From: an uncultured bacterium
GTDB taxonomy: Bacteria > JAJVIF01 > JAPKYR01
Assembly (NCBI GenBank): GCA_965369865.1
Contig: CBDURU010000031.1
Coordinates: forward strand, 1 to 30,617
DNA length: 30,617 nucleotides
Reading direction: 5' to 3'
Position numbers and translations under genes: made by a program. Of this stretch, positions 9,325 through 19,284 are shown one piece after another. Each line of letters opens with the position of its first letter. Position 1 is the stretch's first letter. The notes under the pieces are model-generated. The model had not been told where the DNA came from and did no database searches. It worked only from the letters and a program-made list of their open reading frames with translations.

Positions 9325-10812
9325 GTGTACTGGAAAAACTGGGACCGGATAGGGGCGGATGAAGCACGCCAGCGTCAGGCTGCGAGCCTGCATAATTTTT
9401 TGAAAACACAGGTTCTTAAGTACTCGCCATTTTACATGGAGATGTTCAAGCGTGAGGGTTTGACCGCGGACAGTATTCGGACACTCGAGGACCTCAGAAA
9501 AATCCCTTTTACAAGCAAGGTTGACATCGCCCCGACACAGGAAGACCCGGGAAAGCCCAGGAAACTTGTGCTGCAACCCGACCCGGACACTTACGCGTCG
9601 ACAATCGGACCGGGAAAGAAATTAAACCTTCTAAAAAATAAAATATTAACGGGTCGGGAAATTAAAAAACAGGTGCTCGATGAGTACCTCCCGATTTTTT
9701 TCATCGCGACAACCGGACGTACCGCGCTTCCGACACCGTTTATGTATACGGCCCATGATTTGAAACTCTTCAATGAAGCGGCGCGAAGGCTTCTGACGAC
9801 CGTGGGTGCGGTACAGGGGAAGGATTTTATAATGAGTATTTTTCCGTACGCGCCCCATCTCGCGTTCTGGATCGTGTACCAGGCGGGAATTCAAACCGGG
9901 AACCAGATGTTTCATACCGGCGGCGGCAAGATTCTCGGTACGGATAAGATCATTAATATGATCGAATCTTTCAAGGCGACAATCATTGTCGGAATCCCCG
10001 GTTATGTTTATCACCTGCTCACAAAAGCCGCTGAACGCGGCGCTGATTATTCGAAGGTCAGGGCTGTGATACTCGGCGCGGAGCGGGTTACTCCCGGTTA
10101 TAAAAAACGTATTTCCCAGCTTCTGGAATCGATGGGAGCGAGTAACCTTCTAATCCTCTCGACACTGGGTTTTACAGAAGCACGGGTCGCCTGGATCGAA
10201 TGCCCCACCGAAAACTCGCTTGAGTATTCAACCGGGTACCATCTTTATCCCGATTTGGAAATTTTCGAAATTATTGATCCGGACACGGGGACGCCTGTCG
10301 CTGACGGAGAGTCGGGCGAGTTAGCCTATACATGCCTCGACTGGCGGGGAAGCGTTGTGCTCCGGTACCGTACGGGTGATTACGTGCGTGGTGGTATTAC
10401 GTGGAAACCGTGCCCTGTCTGCGGACGAACCTGCCCGAGAATGAACACTGATATTACCAGGCTTTCCGATCGGAACGAACTTCAACTGGGGAAAATTAAA
10501 GGAACACTTGTCGATTTCAATGAATTTTTCCCGATCATGAGCGATCACGAAGCTATCCTTGAATGGCAGGTCGTGATAGCTAAAGTTAACGATGAAGTCC
10601 ACGGCCTTGATGAAATCCGGCTGAATTTGTGTCTTAAAGATGATTGCGACAGGGATCACGTGGTCCGGGAAATCGGGGTAACCATGATGGATCGGATGGA
10701 GTTGTCGATTGAGCGGGTCAATTTCTTCACTGCGAAAGAAATGTGCGACCTTCTCGAAATTGAACAGAGACCGAAGGAACTGAGGATCAAAGACACCAGG
10801 AAAGAGTTATAG
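9325..10812 (+). CDS. Phenylacetate-CoA ligase (PaaK)-family AMP-forming ligase
   Basis: GGAGG RBS and GTG start; SPFY, IRTLEDLRKIPFTSK, GFTE, EIIDPDTG.PV.DGE.GEL, LRYRTGD. Confidence 0.8.
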   Translation: MYWKNWDRIGADEARQRQAASLHNFLKTQVLKYSPFYMEMFKREGLTADSIRTLEDLRKIPFTSKVDIAPTQEDPGKPRKLVLQPDPDTYASTIGPGKKLNLLKNKILTGREIKKQVLDEYLPIFFIATTGRTALPTPFMYTAHDLKLFNEAARRLLTTVGAVQGKDFIMSIFPYAPHLAFWIVYQAGIQTGNQMFHTGGGKILGTDKIINMIESFKATIIVGIPGYVYHLLTKAAERGADYSKVRAVILGAERVTPGYKKRISQLLESMGASNLLILSTLGFTEARVAWIECPTENSLEYSTGYHLYPDLEIFEIIDPDTGTPVADGESGELAYTCLDWRGSVVLRYRTGDYVRGGITWKPCPVCGRTCPRMNTDITRLSDRNELQLGKIKGTLVDFNEFFPIMSDHEAILEWQVVIAKVNDEVHGLDEIRLNLCLKDDCDRDHVVREIGVTMMDRMELSIERVNFFTAKEMCDLLEIEQRPKELRIKDTRKEL

Positions 10813-10830
10813 CTTTACGGAGGCATTACC

Positions 10831-13299
10831 TTGAGACAGGCTGAAATTGAGCCCAAAAAAAGCCACAACATAGGAATCTGGCGAATTCTGCTTGGAATAC
10901 TCGTTGTAATTATTGTTGCCCTTGCCGCGATTGCTACGAACCTCCCAGGGGTACAGCGATTGATGAACGATCCCGGCAGGATATTTGCCGGGGATGATGT
11001 CCTTGAGGATGCAGCCAGGGAACTTCAACGCGCGAATACCAGGATCGCGTCAAGGCCCGATGACGAATCCGCTCATCTGGACCGTGCCAATTCATATATT
11101 GCTTTTGGGTACCTCGAAGGAGCGAGGCTCGAGTTCGAACAATGGCAGTCCGGAGGAGGTAGCGAGTGGGGGGACGTGGGACGCGCAATTGATGAACTCA
11201 AGCTGAAAACCGATGAGATACGCGCGCTGCTTCACGATGCTGAACAGTCGGATTCCCCGTCGACAAAATATCCTCCGATTTACACACTCCTTAATGATAT
11301 CGCGGATCGCTTCGCTGGGCTTCCCAAATACCGTGCACTTTTCCTGAAAGGATATCTTCTCCTGCGTGAAGGAAGAAAAGCCGAAGCCGAACCGATCTTC
11401 CGGGAAGAACTGGATCATTATGTGGTTCTCCATGACTATGTGATGTATAACCACGGACGGTCGTTGTCGGTGGCTGGAAACGAGGAAGCCGCACTCGGTA
11501 AATTCGATGACTTTCTCGTGGCTTACCCCTCGAGCAGAATCGCACCGCTCGCACATCTTGAAAGAATAAATATACTGAGAGACCTGGGCCGGCTGGAAGA
11601 CGCGATCCAGGAATGCAGAAGAGCCCTGGACAGGTATCCCACAAGCCCGTTCGCCCCGAAAACACTACGTAAATGGGCGGAAATCTATGAATCGGAGATG
11701 GATTTCAATAACGGCGCTGATATCCGGGTACGTATCGTCCGTGAATATCCCGATAGCTGGGAAGCCGCTAATACAGTGGAAATGTTTTTCGGAGGCGTCT
11801 ATGCCCTGCAACTCCTTGATGAATCCGAGCAGGTCGATATCGCATTTGCCGCTGTTGAGGATGATACACCGGAAGCGTCTGCATTTTTAGAATTGCTCAG
11901 CGAATCGGGTAACCTGTCCCCTGAGGAACGGTCGAAAGCCTGCCATGGAGTCGCGCGATGCGAGTACATTTTCGGACGGTATTATGAATGTATCGACTGG
12001 GCGCGAAGGGCGAGGACCCTGGCTCCGGGAAGCGAATGGGCCGATCGCGCGGGAATTCGTATCGGCCACGCGTACTGGCGTCTCGATAAGATCAGCCTCG
12101 CGAAAGCGGCTTACCTTGAAGTAGTTGAGGGCCATGGATCCGTCGCATCGGTCGCCGGGGAAATTCTCTGGCGGAAAGCATACAACGATTCCGACATCGA
12201 TCTCACCGGGGATGTCTGCAGGTACATTGTCGACGAATACCCCGATAGCGATGAAACTCCCGCCGCTTTAACAATGCTCGCGTATCTCGGCTGCCGCGAG
12301 GGGCGTTACCAGTCGGGCAGGGGATTTGCCGAGAGTTGCGTATCGGCGTTCCCGAATGATCCATCGAGCGCCGAGGCCGGATTCTGGCTCGCGCGGGCGC
12401 TTCAGGGTCTCGGCAGAAATACTGACGCGCGTGAAGCGTACGAGGAACTTTCGCGACGGGTGCCGTGGAATTTCTGGGGTATCAGGGCGGGGGAAATTTC
12501 CGATACCTTTGGAGAAGACTACGAGGCGCTCGACCCATTCGGTTTCGATCCGTCACGGGCAGGTAATTATGATGGCAGCCTGGCAGTCGCTCTGGAATTG
12601 TATGATGCCGGTGTTCTCGATCTTGCGGTTAGTGAATTCAGGCTGGCTGTTGAAAATGGGGAGCGGGGCGCTCAAGTTGGACTCGCACTTGTTTTAACCG
12701 AACAGGGATCGCTCCAATCCGGAGTGCGTGAACTCAGGAAAGCTGTCGCGACCGGGGACCAGGCATATGTCACACCGGCACTACAGGAAAGAATTCTTGA
12801 TGAATTATATCCTCGTCCGTTTGTGGATTTAATTCGTGAAGCTGCATTGGCACACGATGTGCATGCCAGTTGGATATGGGGTCCGATGCGGCAGGAATCG
12901 TGTTTTAATCCCCGTGCGCTTTCGAGTTCCGGCGCCCGTGGATTGATCCAGATCATGCCGGATACCGGACGATTTATTGCCGACCGGCGCGGCTGGGAAA
13001 CGTTCGATCCGGAGCTGCTCTGGGACCCGGAGCTGAATATTGATTTTGGAACCTGGTACATATCATACCTCAAGGGTGTAGTTGGCGGAAACCGTCTCCT
13101 TGATGTGCTCGCGGCTTATAACGGGGGCCCGGGACGTCTGACGAGGTTGCGGGACCAACTGCCCACACGGGATGACGACATCTTCATAAGCGCGATCCCG
13201 AATGATGAAACTCGTAATTTCGCGCATTGGGTTTATACTAACGTAAGGATGTATGATGTGATCCTTGAGCGCGAAGGATTCGAACTGGTTCCATTTTGA
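10831..13299 (+). CDS. Membrane-anchored TPR-repeat lytic transglycosylase (Slt70-like)
   Basis: N-terminal TM helix; BamD/TPR-like repeats (YPSS, YPTS, YPDS); C-terminal SLT motifs MRQES, ARGLIQIMP, AAYNGGPG, ETRNF. Confidence 0.9.
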   Translation: MRQAEIEPKKSHNIGIWRILLGILVVIIVALAAIATNLPGVQRLMNDPGRIFAGDDVLEDAARELQRANTRIASRPDDESAHLDRANSYIAFGYLEGARLEFEQWQSGGGSEWGDVGRAIDELKLKTDEIRALLHDAEQSDSPSTKYPPIYTLLNDIADRFAGLPKYRALFLKGYLLLREGRKAEAEPIFREELDHYVVLHDYVMYNHGRSLSVAGNEEAALGKFDDFLVAYPSSRIAPLAHLERINILRDLGRLEDAIQECRRALDRYPTSPFAPKTLRKWAEIYESEMDFNNGADIRVRIVREYPDSWEAANTVEMFFGGVYALQLLDESEQVDIAFAAVEDDTPEASAFLELLSESGNLSPEERSKACHGVARCEYIFGRYYECIDWARRARTLAPGSEWADRAGIRIGHAYWRLDKISLAKAAYLEVVEGHGSVASVAGEILWRKAYNDSDIDLTGDVCRYIVDEYPDSDETPAALTMLAYLGCREGRYQSGRGFAESCVSAFPNDPSSAEAGFWLARALQGLGRNTDAREAYEELSRRVPWNFWGIRAGEISDTFGEDYEALDPFGFDPSRAGNYDGSLAVALELYDAGVLDLAVSEFRLAVENGERGAQVGLALVLTEQGSLQSGVRELRKAVATGDQAYVTPALQERILDELYPRPFVDLIREAALAHDVHASWIWGPMRQESCFNPRALSSSGARGLIQIMPDTGRFIADRRGWETFDPELLWDPELNIDFGTWYISYLKGVVGGNRLLDVLAAYNGGPGRLTRLRDQLPTRDDDIFISAIPNDETRNFAHWVYTNVRMYDVILEREGFELVPF

Positions 13300-13337
13300 A
13301 TGTCGCTCAATCGAAGAAAGTGAGGCAAAGTTAGCAC

Positions 13338-15188
13338 ATGTGTGGAATTATCGGATACATCGGCGACAAACCGGTCGTGCCATTGATAATCGATGGGTTG
13401 AAAAAAATGGAGTACCGTGGCTATGACTCCGCGGGAATCGCCCTGTTGACGGAGAATGATTTTATCGTTCATCGTGCCCAGGGAAAAATCAAAGTTCTCG
13501 AAAATTTAATAGCTCGGGAAAAACTGTCTATGACAATTGGGGTCGGTCATACACGATGGGCGACCCACGGTGTGCCGTCCGAGGAAAACGCGCATCCGCA
13601 CCGGGATGACAAAAATAAAATTGTCGTTGTGCAGAATGGGATCATTGAAAATTTCCTCGAACTCAAGGATAAACTCAGAAAACTCGGCCACGAATTTTCC
13701 AGCCAGACGGACACGGAAGTAATCCCGCACCTGATCGCGGAATATTTTGAAGGGGATCTCCCGTCCGCGGTCCGCAAGGCTATCAGGGAACTGAAGGGTG
13801 CGTTCGCGCTTGTGGTTATGTCATGGGAAGATCGAAGGCTTGTAGCTGTACGCGAAGGTCCTCCGATGATTGTCGGGCGTGCGAATAATAACAAGAACGG
13901 GATCGGGAGTGGCACCATTGCGGCGAGCGATATCGCCGCGATCCTCGAACATACACGAAGCGTGTATTTTCTCGATGACGGGGAAATGGCTGTCCTCGAC
14001 GAAGATTCTATCGAGCTTACCGATTTCGATGGTAACGCGATCGAGAAAGAAATTACCAAAATTACATGGAATCCTATCCAGGCACAGAAGGACGGATATC
14101 AGCATTTCATGCAGAAGGAAATCTTCCAGCAGCCGGAGGCTCTGAGGGACACGATAATCGGGCGGTTCGATCTTGAGGCGGGAGAGGTAATCCTCGATGA
14201 GTTAGCCTCGATTGAGAAAGAGAATTACTCGAACTTCAATCATGTTTTATTGACCGCGTGCGGGACGGCCTGGCACGCATGTCTCGTTGGAAAGTATTTG
14301 ATCGAGAAATTCAGCGACCTGAGGGTCGAGGTGGATTACGGCAGCGAATTAAGATACCGCGATCCGAAAATTGATAAAAATACCCTTTTTATATCGATTT
14401 CCCAGTCCGGTGAGACCGCCGACACGCTCGCGGCAAACAGGACTGCCAGGGAGAAGGGTGGAACGCTTGTCAGTATCTGCAATGCCGTTGGAAGCACAAT
14501 CACGAGGGAGTCGGATGCGGTTATATATACTCGCTGCGGCCCGGAGATAGGTGTCGCTAGCACAAAAGCGTTTACCGCGCAGCTTGCTGTGCTTGTCCTT
14601 CTGGCACTGAACATCGGAAGGAAAACCGGGGTGATCGGCAAAGACAAATGCAGGGGTATCCTCCAGGAGCTTATCGAGATTCCGCAACTTGTAAGGCGTG
14701 TACTCAAACAGGATGCTGACCTTAAGGAATTTTCAAAGCATTACCGTGACAAGCAGGATTTTCTCTATCTTGGAAGGGGAATTAACTATCCGATCGCGCT
14801 TGAGGGAGCTTTGAAGCTGAAAGAGATAAGTTATATACACGCGGAAGGATATCCGGCGGGAGAGATGAAGCACGGTCCGATCGCGCTTATCTCAAGCGAG
14901 ATGCCAATCATGACACTAGTGACCCAGAACAATGTTTACGAAAAAACCCTGTCAAATCTTATGGAGGTAAAGGCAAGGGATGGGGAGGTAATCGCAATCG
15001 CCGATGAGGGTGATGAGCGGATTGGCGAGATCGCGGACCATGTGTTTCATGTCCCGAAAGTGAGCGAGGTTTTATCACCAATACTTTTGACTATTCCACT
15101 TCAGTTATTCGCGTATCATGTCGCCGTTCATCTTGGTTGTGATGTAGACCAGCCCAGAAACCTCGCGAAGAGCGTAACGGTGGAGTAA
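13338..15188 (+). CDS. glmS: Glutamine--fructose-6-phosphate transaminase (isomerizing)
   Basis: MCGIIGY, EYRGYDSAG, GHTRWATHG, SQSGETADT, EGALKLKEISYIHAEG; C-terminus DQPRNLAKSVTVE. Confidence 0.99.
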   Translation: MCGIIGYIGDKPVVPLIIDGLKKMEYRGYDSAGIALLTENDFIVHRAQGKIKVLENLIAREKLSMTIGVGHTRWATHGVPSEENAHPHRDDKNKIVVVQNGIIENFLELKDKLRKLGHEFSSQTDTEVIPHLIAEYFEGDLPSAVRKAIRELKGAFALVVMSWEDRRLVAVREGPPMIVGRANNNKNGIGSGTIAASDIAAILEHTRSVYFLDDGEMAVLDEDSIELTDFDGNAIEKEITKITWNPIQAQKDGYQHFMQKEIFQQPEALRDTIIGRFDLEAGEVILDELASIEKENYSNFNHVLLTACGTAWHACLVGKYLIEKFSDLRVEVDYGSELRYRDPKIDKNTLFISISQSGETADTLAANRTAREKGGTLVSICNAVGSTITRESDAVIYTRCGPEIGVASTKAFTAQLAVLVLLALNIGRKTGVIGKDKCRGILQELIEIPQLVRRVLKQDADLKEFSKHYRDKQDFLYLGRGINYPIALEGALKLKEISYIHAEGYPAGEMKHGPIALISSEMPIMTLVTQNNVYEKTLSNLMEVKARDGEVIAIADEGDERIGEIADHVFHVPKVSEVLSPILLTIPLQLFAYHVAVHLGCDVDQPRNLAKSVTVE

Positions 15189-15218
15189 TTGGTTTAGATT
15201 GAATAAATAGTTCCAACA

Positions 15219-15512
15219 CCGGGGACAGGCACTCAAAATTACCGGGATACATAAACAAAGGGCTGACCTTTAACATAGCCGGTAATTTTGTGAGCCAGTC
15301 CCCTATACATAAATATTTATTCCCTATACATTAATTTTTCTCACTTCTACAACATTGATTATTGGGTTTCCGGAAAGACTTCTCGATTTACCGGGTAATA
15401 TTTCCTGATAAGGGGACTCACGGATCAGGGGACTGGCTCACGATTTTACCGCTAATACACTAGTTCCATTTCTTTATTGAGTACCGCGGTAAAATCGAGT
15501 GCCTGTCCCCGG
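15219..15512. repeat. Inverted pair of 83-bp palindromic elements, family B (GGGGACAGGCAC...GAGCCAGTCCCC)
   Basis: Units at 15221-15303 and 15428-15510 are in opposite orientation. Each has ~25-nt imperfect arms and a 33-nt loop. Confidence 0.85.
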
Positions 15513-15654
15513 CCTTCAAATCCCAGTGTCCCCGGTCTTCCAATAAAAGCACCATTCCTCCCTGCACCCATTTGTCCCTTTTTTCTTTGATTTTATCCCC
15601 TTAGATTGTACAATGCCCATTATCAGAGAGAATCTTTTATCCCTCAGGTACAGA

Positions 15655-16710
15655 ATGAAACACAACGACATCGTCACTATCGGCAACGGAACTGGCCAGG
15701 GTGTTATCCTCCAGGCGTTGCGGAAAATTACCGGCCTCGACCGTGTCACCGCAATCGTCGGCGTCACTGATAACGGCGGCCACACTGGAGCACTTCGAAA
15801 GGAACTGGATGTCCCGGCGATGGGCGATGTGAAAACCGTTATTTCCGCACTGACCGGTGAAACGGTATGGGGACAGCTTGTACGGCACAGGTTTCGCGAC
15901 GGCAATTTAAGAGGGATCAGCATTGGCAACATGATCCTTGCGGCATTGATCGATGAGGGCGGCAGCCTTTACTATGCGACTCAGCGCCTGTCTAAAGCTC
16001 TTGATTTGAAAGCTCATATTGTTCCGGTTTCCGACACCAGTGCACAGGTTGTCGCCGAGCTTGCCGACGGGACTGAAATCGAAGGCGAATGGGAGACGAT
16101 CAATCGTCTCAACCGCGAGGCCCCCATCACCGGAATTCATCATAACCCGGAAATGGAAACCAATATTTCCGCTCTTAAGGCTATCGATGAAGCTGGGTGG
16201 ATCGTTATATGTCCGGGAACTTTGTGGCTGGGGATCGGGTCGATACTCGCGTCGCCTGGAATAAAGGAAACGATTTCAAAAAGTAACGCGATTGTTCTTG
16301 CGATTGGAAACGTTCTTACACAACCGGGAGTAACTGACGGTCTGACCGCGAGTAATCATCTTGATATCCTTAAGAACATGCTTGGAAGGAAGGTTGATTT
16401 TTACCTTCAGCATGACAGGGACCTGCCGGAAAAAACCCTGGCAAATTACATGGCGAAGGGTTTCAGGAAGGTAGTTGATGATCTTGAAGACGGTGAGACA
16501 CAGGTAGTCAGGGGCGATCTTGTAAGCCAGTCGTTCATCAGATCGGTCGATCGAGTTCACTACGATTCCAGCCGTGGATACCCACATGCGATGAGGCACG
16601 ATCCAGCCATGCTCGCGCGGATTTTCATTCATGTTTCAGAGGCGACAGAAATAAAGGAAAATTTCGCCACAAAGCCCAAGGACGAACGCTGGGAAGTCAA
16701 GGATTTTTAG
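15655..16710 (+). CDS. yvcK: YvcK/GlmR (CofD-like) UDP-GlcNAc-binding protein
   Basis: IVTIGNGTG, TAIVGVTDNGGHTG.LR, P.MGD, GNMILAAL, A.LADG..I.GE, PGTL, TQPG.T.G, RHDP..LA. The ORF is open from 15613, but TTGATT-16-TACAAT (15587-15614) favours a start at 15655. Confidence 0.85.
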   Translation: MKHNDIVTIGNGTGQGVILQALRKITGLDRVTAIVGVTDNGGHTGALRKELDVPAMGDVKTVISALTGETVWGQLVRHRFRDGNLRGISIGNMILAALIDEGGSLYYATQRLSKALDLKAHIVPVSDTSAQVVAELADGTEIEGEWETINRLNREAPITGIHHNPEMETNISALKAIDEAGWIVICPGTLWLGIGSILASPGIKETISKSNAIVLAIGNVLTQPGVTDGLTASNHLDILKNMLGRKVDFYLQHDRDLPEKTLANYMAKGFRKVVDDLEDGETQVVRGDLVSQSFIRSVDRVHYDSSRGYPHAMRHDPAMLARIFIHVSEATEIKENFATKPKDERWEVKDF

Positions 16711-16750
16711 CTTAGAGTCTCTATCAAATGAGTTTATGTTAAATTACTAC

Positions 16751-17004
16751 CGGGTGCCGCATCTATGAGAGGGCGGGTGCCGCCCATAAGCGTTTAACTT
16801 GGCATTCAAGAATTCCCATATTCGATTAAAGGAACCAGGGAAGATTATAAGAGAAATTTTAATTTGAGCTTATGGGTGATTCGCTGTTTCAATGGACATC
16901 ACCCACAAGCTCAGCGTGGAGTCAACTTATTTAAATCTCTTGCATGATTAATCTTAATTTGAACGTTAACTCTACCTCGTACAACGCTTGTGAGCGGCAC
17001 CCGG
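16751..17004. repeat. Inverted pair of ~106-bp palindromic elements, family C (CGGGTGCCGCYSAYAAGC...GCTTRTSGGYGAT)
   Basis: Units at 16774-16880 and 16898-17003 are in opposite orientation, with an extra partial arm at 16751-16760. Confidence 0.75.
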
Positions 17005-17124
17005 AATAATTAACGTTATCACCATTCCCTCCACGAGGCTGATCAATTGGATGATATAATACGAGGAGAAGATCCTGAATTTCATCTCCCAAATGAAATA
17101 GCGATCTGATGGAGGCGATATTAA

Positions 17125-18417
17125 ATGTCAAAGATGAGCATTACAGATATTAAACATGTAATTATTATTTATTTATTAATTTCTCATAGTCTACTCTGTA
17201 CATATTCTTGTTCTTTGCTACGATCGCAAACATTAGAAACTTCATTGCGAAGTTTAATCAATAAACCTGATGGAGAACTTACCCAGGCTGATTTTGCTGA
17301 AATTGAAACCCTTGAGTTGGAATATGAAGAAATTAGCGATATCAGCTTACTGCGGTTATGCGCTAATTTGAAAACACTAGACATTAGCCAAAATAATATA
17401 AGTGATATAAGTCCACTTGAGGGATTAATTAAACTTGAAGAACTTAACCTTAATTCTATTAATATTACTGACATATCTAATATTACTGACATATCACCAT
17501 TGCGAAATCTTGAAAATCTCAAAAAGCTACAATTGGGGTTTAATGAAATTGAAGACTTATCTCCAATTTCAAACCTTATTAATTTGGAATATCTAATTCT
17601 GGCTGGTAATCCAGTATCTGACATCTCTCATTTGAGTAACCTTACGAACCTAACAACACTCTCTTTAGGAAGTACTGACATTACGGATATTTCACCTCTC
17701 GCAGATTTGGTAAATTTGACTAAACTGGAATTAAGTTTCACGGAAATCCATGATCTTTCACCTGTTGCGAATATGGTTAACCTGACCGATCTGAGATTAT
17801 TTAATACTAAAGTAAGCGATATATCATCGATCGAAAATCTCACTAATTTAGAACGTCTGACAATAAGAATGAGTGAGGTGGAGGATATAGAACCAGTGGA
17901 AAATCTAGTAAACATTAAAATTCTCGTATTAGATTCCAACAAAATATCAGATATTTCTCACCTGGAAAATCTTGCTAATGTTGAAAGGTTAATAATATGT
18001 TTCAACGAAATACAAGACATTTCTGCTCTGCAAAATATGAGAAACTTAACAGTTCTATCTATAGGAAGTAACCAAATAAGTGATATTTCAGCCATTGGCA
18101 GCCTTGGTTCACTAACTGATGTCGGCCTTAATAACAACAGAATAATAGATATATCGGCTCTAAGTTTATGCAATGGTCTTACATCAATTTGGTTGAATGA
18201 TAATCAAATCGTGGATATCAGCCCTCTTCAGGACCTTGAAAATATATCAGAAATTTGGTTAATGAATAATAATATTACTGATATTTCACCTTTAGTTAAT
18301 AATCAGAATATATCTAATGGCGATAAGATAAGATTGAGTGGTAATCCCCTAAGTGATGAAGCCATTAACGAACAAATACCAGAACTAGAATCTCGCGGTG
18401 TCAACATCTCGTTTTGA
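17125..18417 (+). CDS. Internalin-like leucine-rich repeat protein, probably secreted or membrane/lipid-anchored
   Basis: About 15 22-aa repeats of LxxLxLxxNxIxDISPLxxLxN; GGAGG RBS; hydrophobic N-terminus; visibly more AT-rich than its neighbours. Confidence 0.92.
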   Translation: MSKMSITDIKHVIIIYLLISHSLLCTYSCSLLRSQTLETSLRSLINKPDGELTQADFAEIETLELEYEEISDISLLRLCANLKTLDISQNNISDISPLEGLIKLEELNLNSINITDISNITDISPLRNLENLKKLQLGFNEIEDLSPISNLINLEYLILAGNPVSDISHLSNLTNLTTLSLGSTDITDISPLADLVNLTKLELSFTEIHDLSPVANMVNLTDLRLFNTKVSDISSIENLTNLERLTIRMSEVEDIEPVENLVNIKILVLDSNKISDISHLENLANVERLIICFNEIQDISALQNMRNLTVLSIGSNQISDISAIGSLGSLTDVGLNNNRIIDISALSLCNGLTSIWLNDNQIVDISPLQDLENISEIWLMNNNITDISPLVNNQNISNGDKIRLSGNPLSDEAINEQIPELESRGVNISF

Positions 18418-18462
18418 AATTATTTATATTAATATTAAACAGAGTCAGCGGTTTTAATCGAT

Positions 18463-18496
18463 ATCGCCGACAAGCTTCGCTTGTCGGCGGCACCCG
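18463..18496. repeat. Minimal family C palindrome between the convergent LRR and map genes; may act as a bidirectional terminator
   Basis: Perfect 11-bp stem CGCCGACAAGC-TTC-GCTTGTCGGCG followed by GCACCCG. Confidence 0.8.
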
Positions 18497-18498
18497 TG

Positions 18499-19284
18499 CT
18501 ACACAAACAGGAGGGGGGTACCTTTAATATTTATCTTAGTGAGGTTCAAGGGAGCGCCTTTTTCGGTTACAAGATATTCGTCCTCGTAATGCGCCGTAAG
18601 CCCCCCATCGGATGTCACCACGGTCCAGTTGTCCTCGAGAGTTTCAATCATGTAATCCTTCTCGCAGACCATGGTTTCGATTGCAATGACCATACCAGGG
18701 AGAAGTTCTATTCCTGTGCCGGGAGTTCCATAATTGAAAATTGCGGGATCTTCGTGCAAATTCGCGCCGACTCCATGACCGTACAGATGCCGAACCACTT
18801 TGAAACCATCTTTTTCAGCTACACGTTGAATTGCCGCGGAGATATCACCCACATGGTTTCCCGCAACAGCCTTTTTTGCCCCGGCCCAGTTCGCTTCGCG
18901 TGTAGCGTTCATTAATCTTTTAACTGTATCGCTGACATTCCCGACCCCGAACGAAAAAGCCGCATCGGAATAGTAACCCTTGTATTTTGCCCCACAGTCG
19001 ATACTCACAAGGTCGCCGTCCTTCAATTTTCTGTTAGAGGGAATTCCATGCACAATTTCCTCGTTGATTGAAACACAACAAGTCGCCGGGTAATCCGGGT
19101 CGCCCTGTACACCCAGAAACGCCGGGATCGCGCCGCGCGAACGGATCATGTCTTCAGCGACTTTATCTATCTCGCCGGTGGTGATACCCTCCCTCACAAT
19201 TTCCATAAGGTGAAATTCCACCTCGTGAAGGATGTCGCATGATTCCTTGATGAATTTTATCTGGCGCTCGTTGTAGATCGACAT
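18499..19284 (-). CDS. map: Type I methionine aminopeptidase
   Basis: CVSINEEIVHGIP, DLVSIDCG, SDAA, GHGVG.NLHEDP, AIE, D.WTVVT.DG.LTAHYE. Confidence 0.96.
   Translation of the reverse strand: MSIYNERQIKFIKESCDILHEVEFHLMEIVREGITTGEIDKVAEDMIRSRGAIPAFLGVQGDPDYPATCCVSINEEIVHGIPSNRKLKDGDLVSIDCGAKYKGYYSDAAFSFGVGNVSDTVKRLMNATREANWAGAKKAVAGNHVGDISAAIQRVAEKDGFKVVRHLYGHGVGANLHEDPAIFNYGTPGTGIELLPGMVIAIETMVCEKDYMIETLEDNWTVVTSDGGLTAHYEDEYLVTEKGAPLNLTKINIKGTPLLFV

Noticed and set aside
15150..15300. Tn7 insertion at the glmS att site
   Set aside because: No TGT/ACA-ended element, TnsB-site arrays or tns genes follow glmS; only family B hairpins are present
16774..18496. Integron attC sites around the LRR gene
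   Set aside because: The hairpins lack RYYYAAC/GTTRRRY ends and no integron integrase is present
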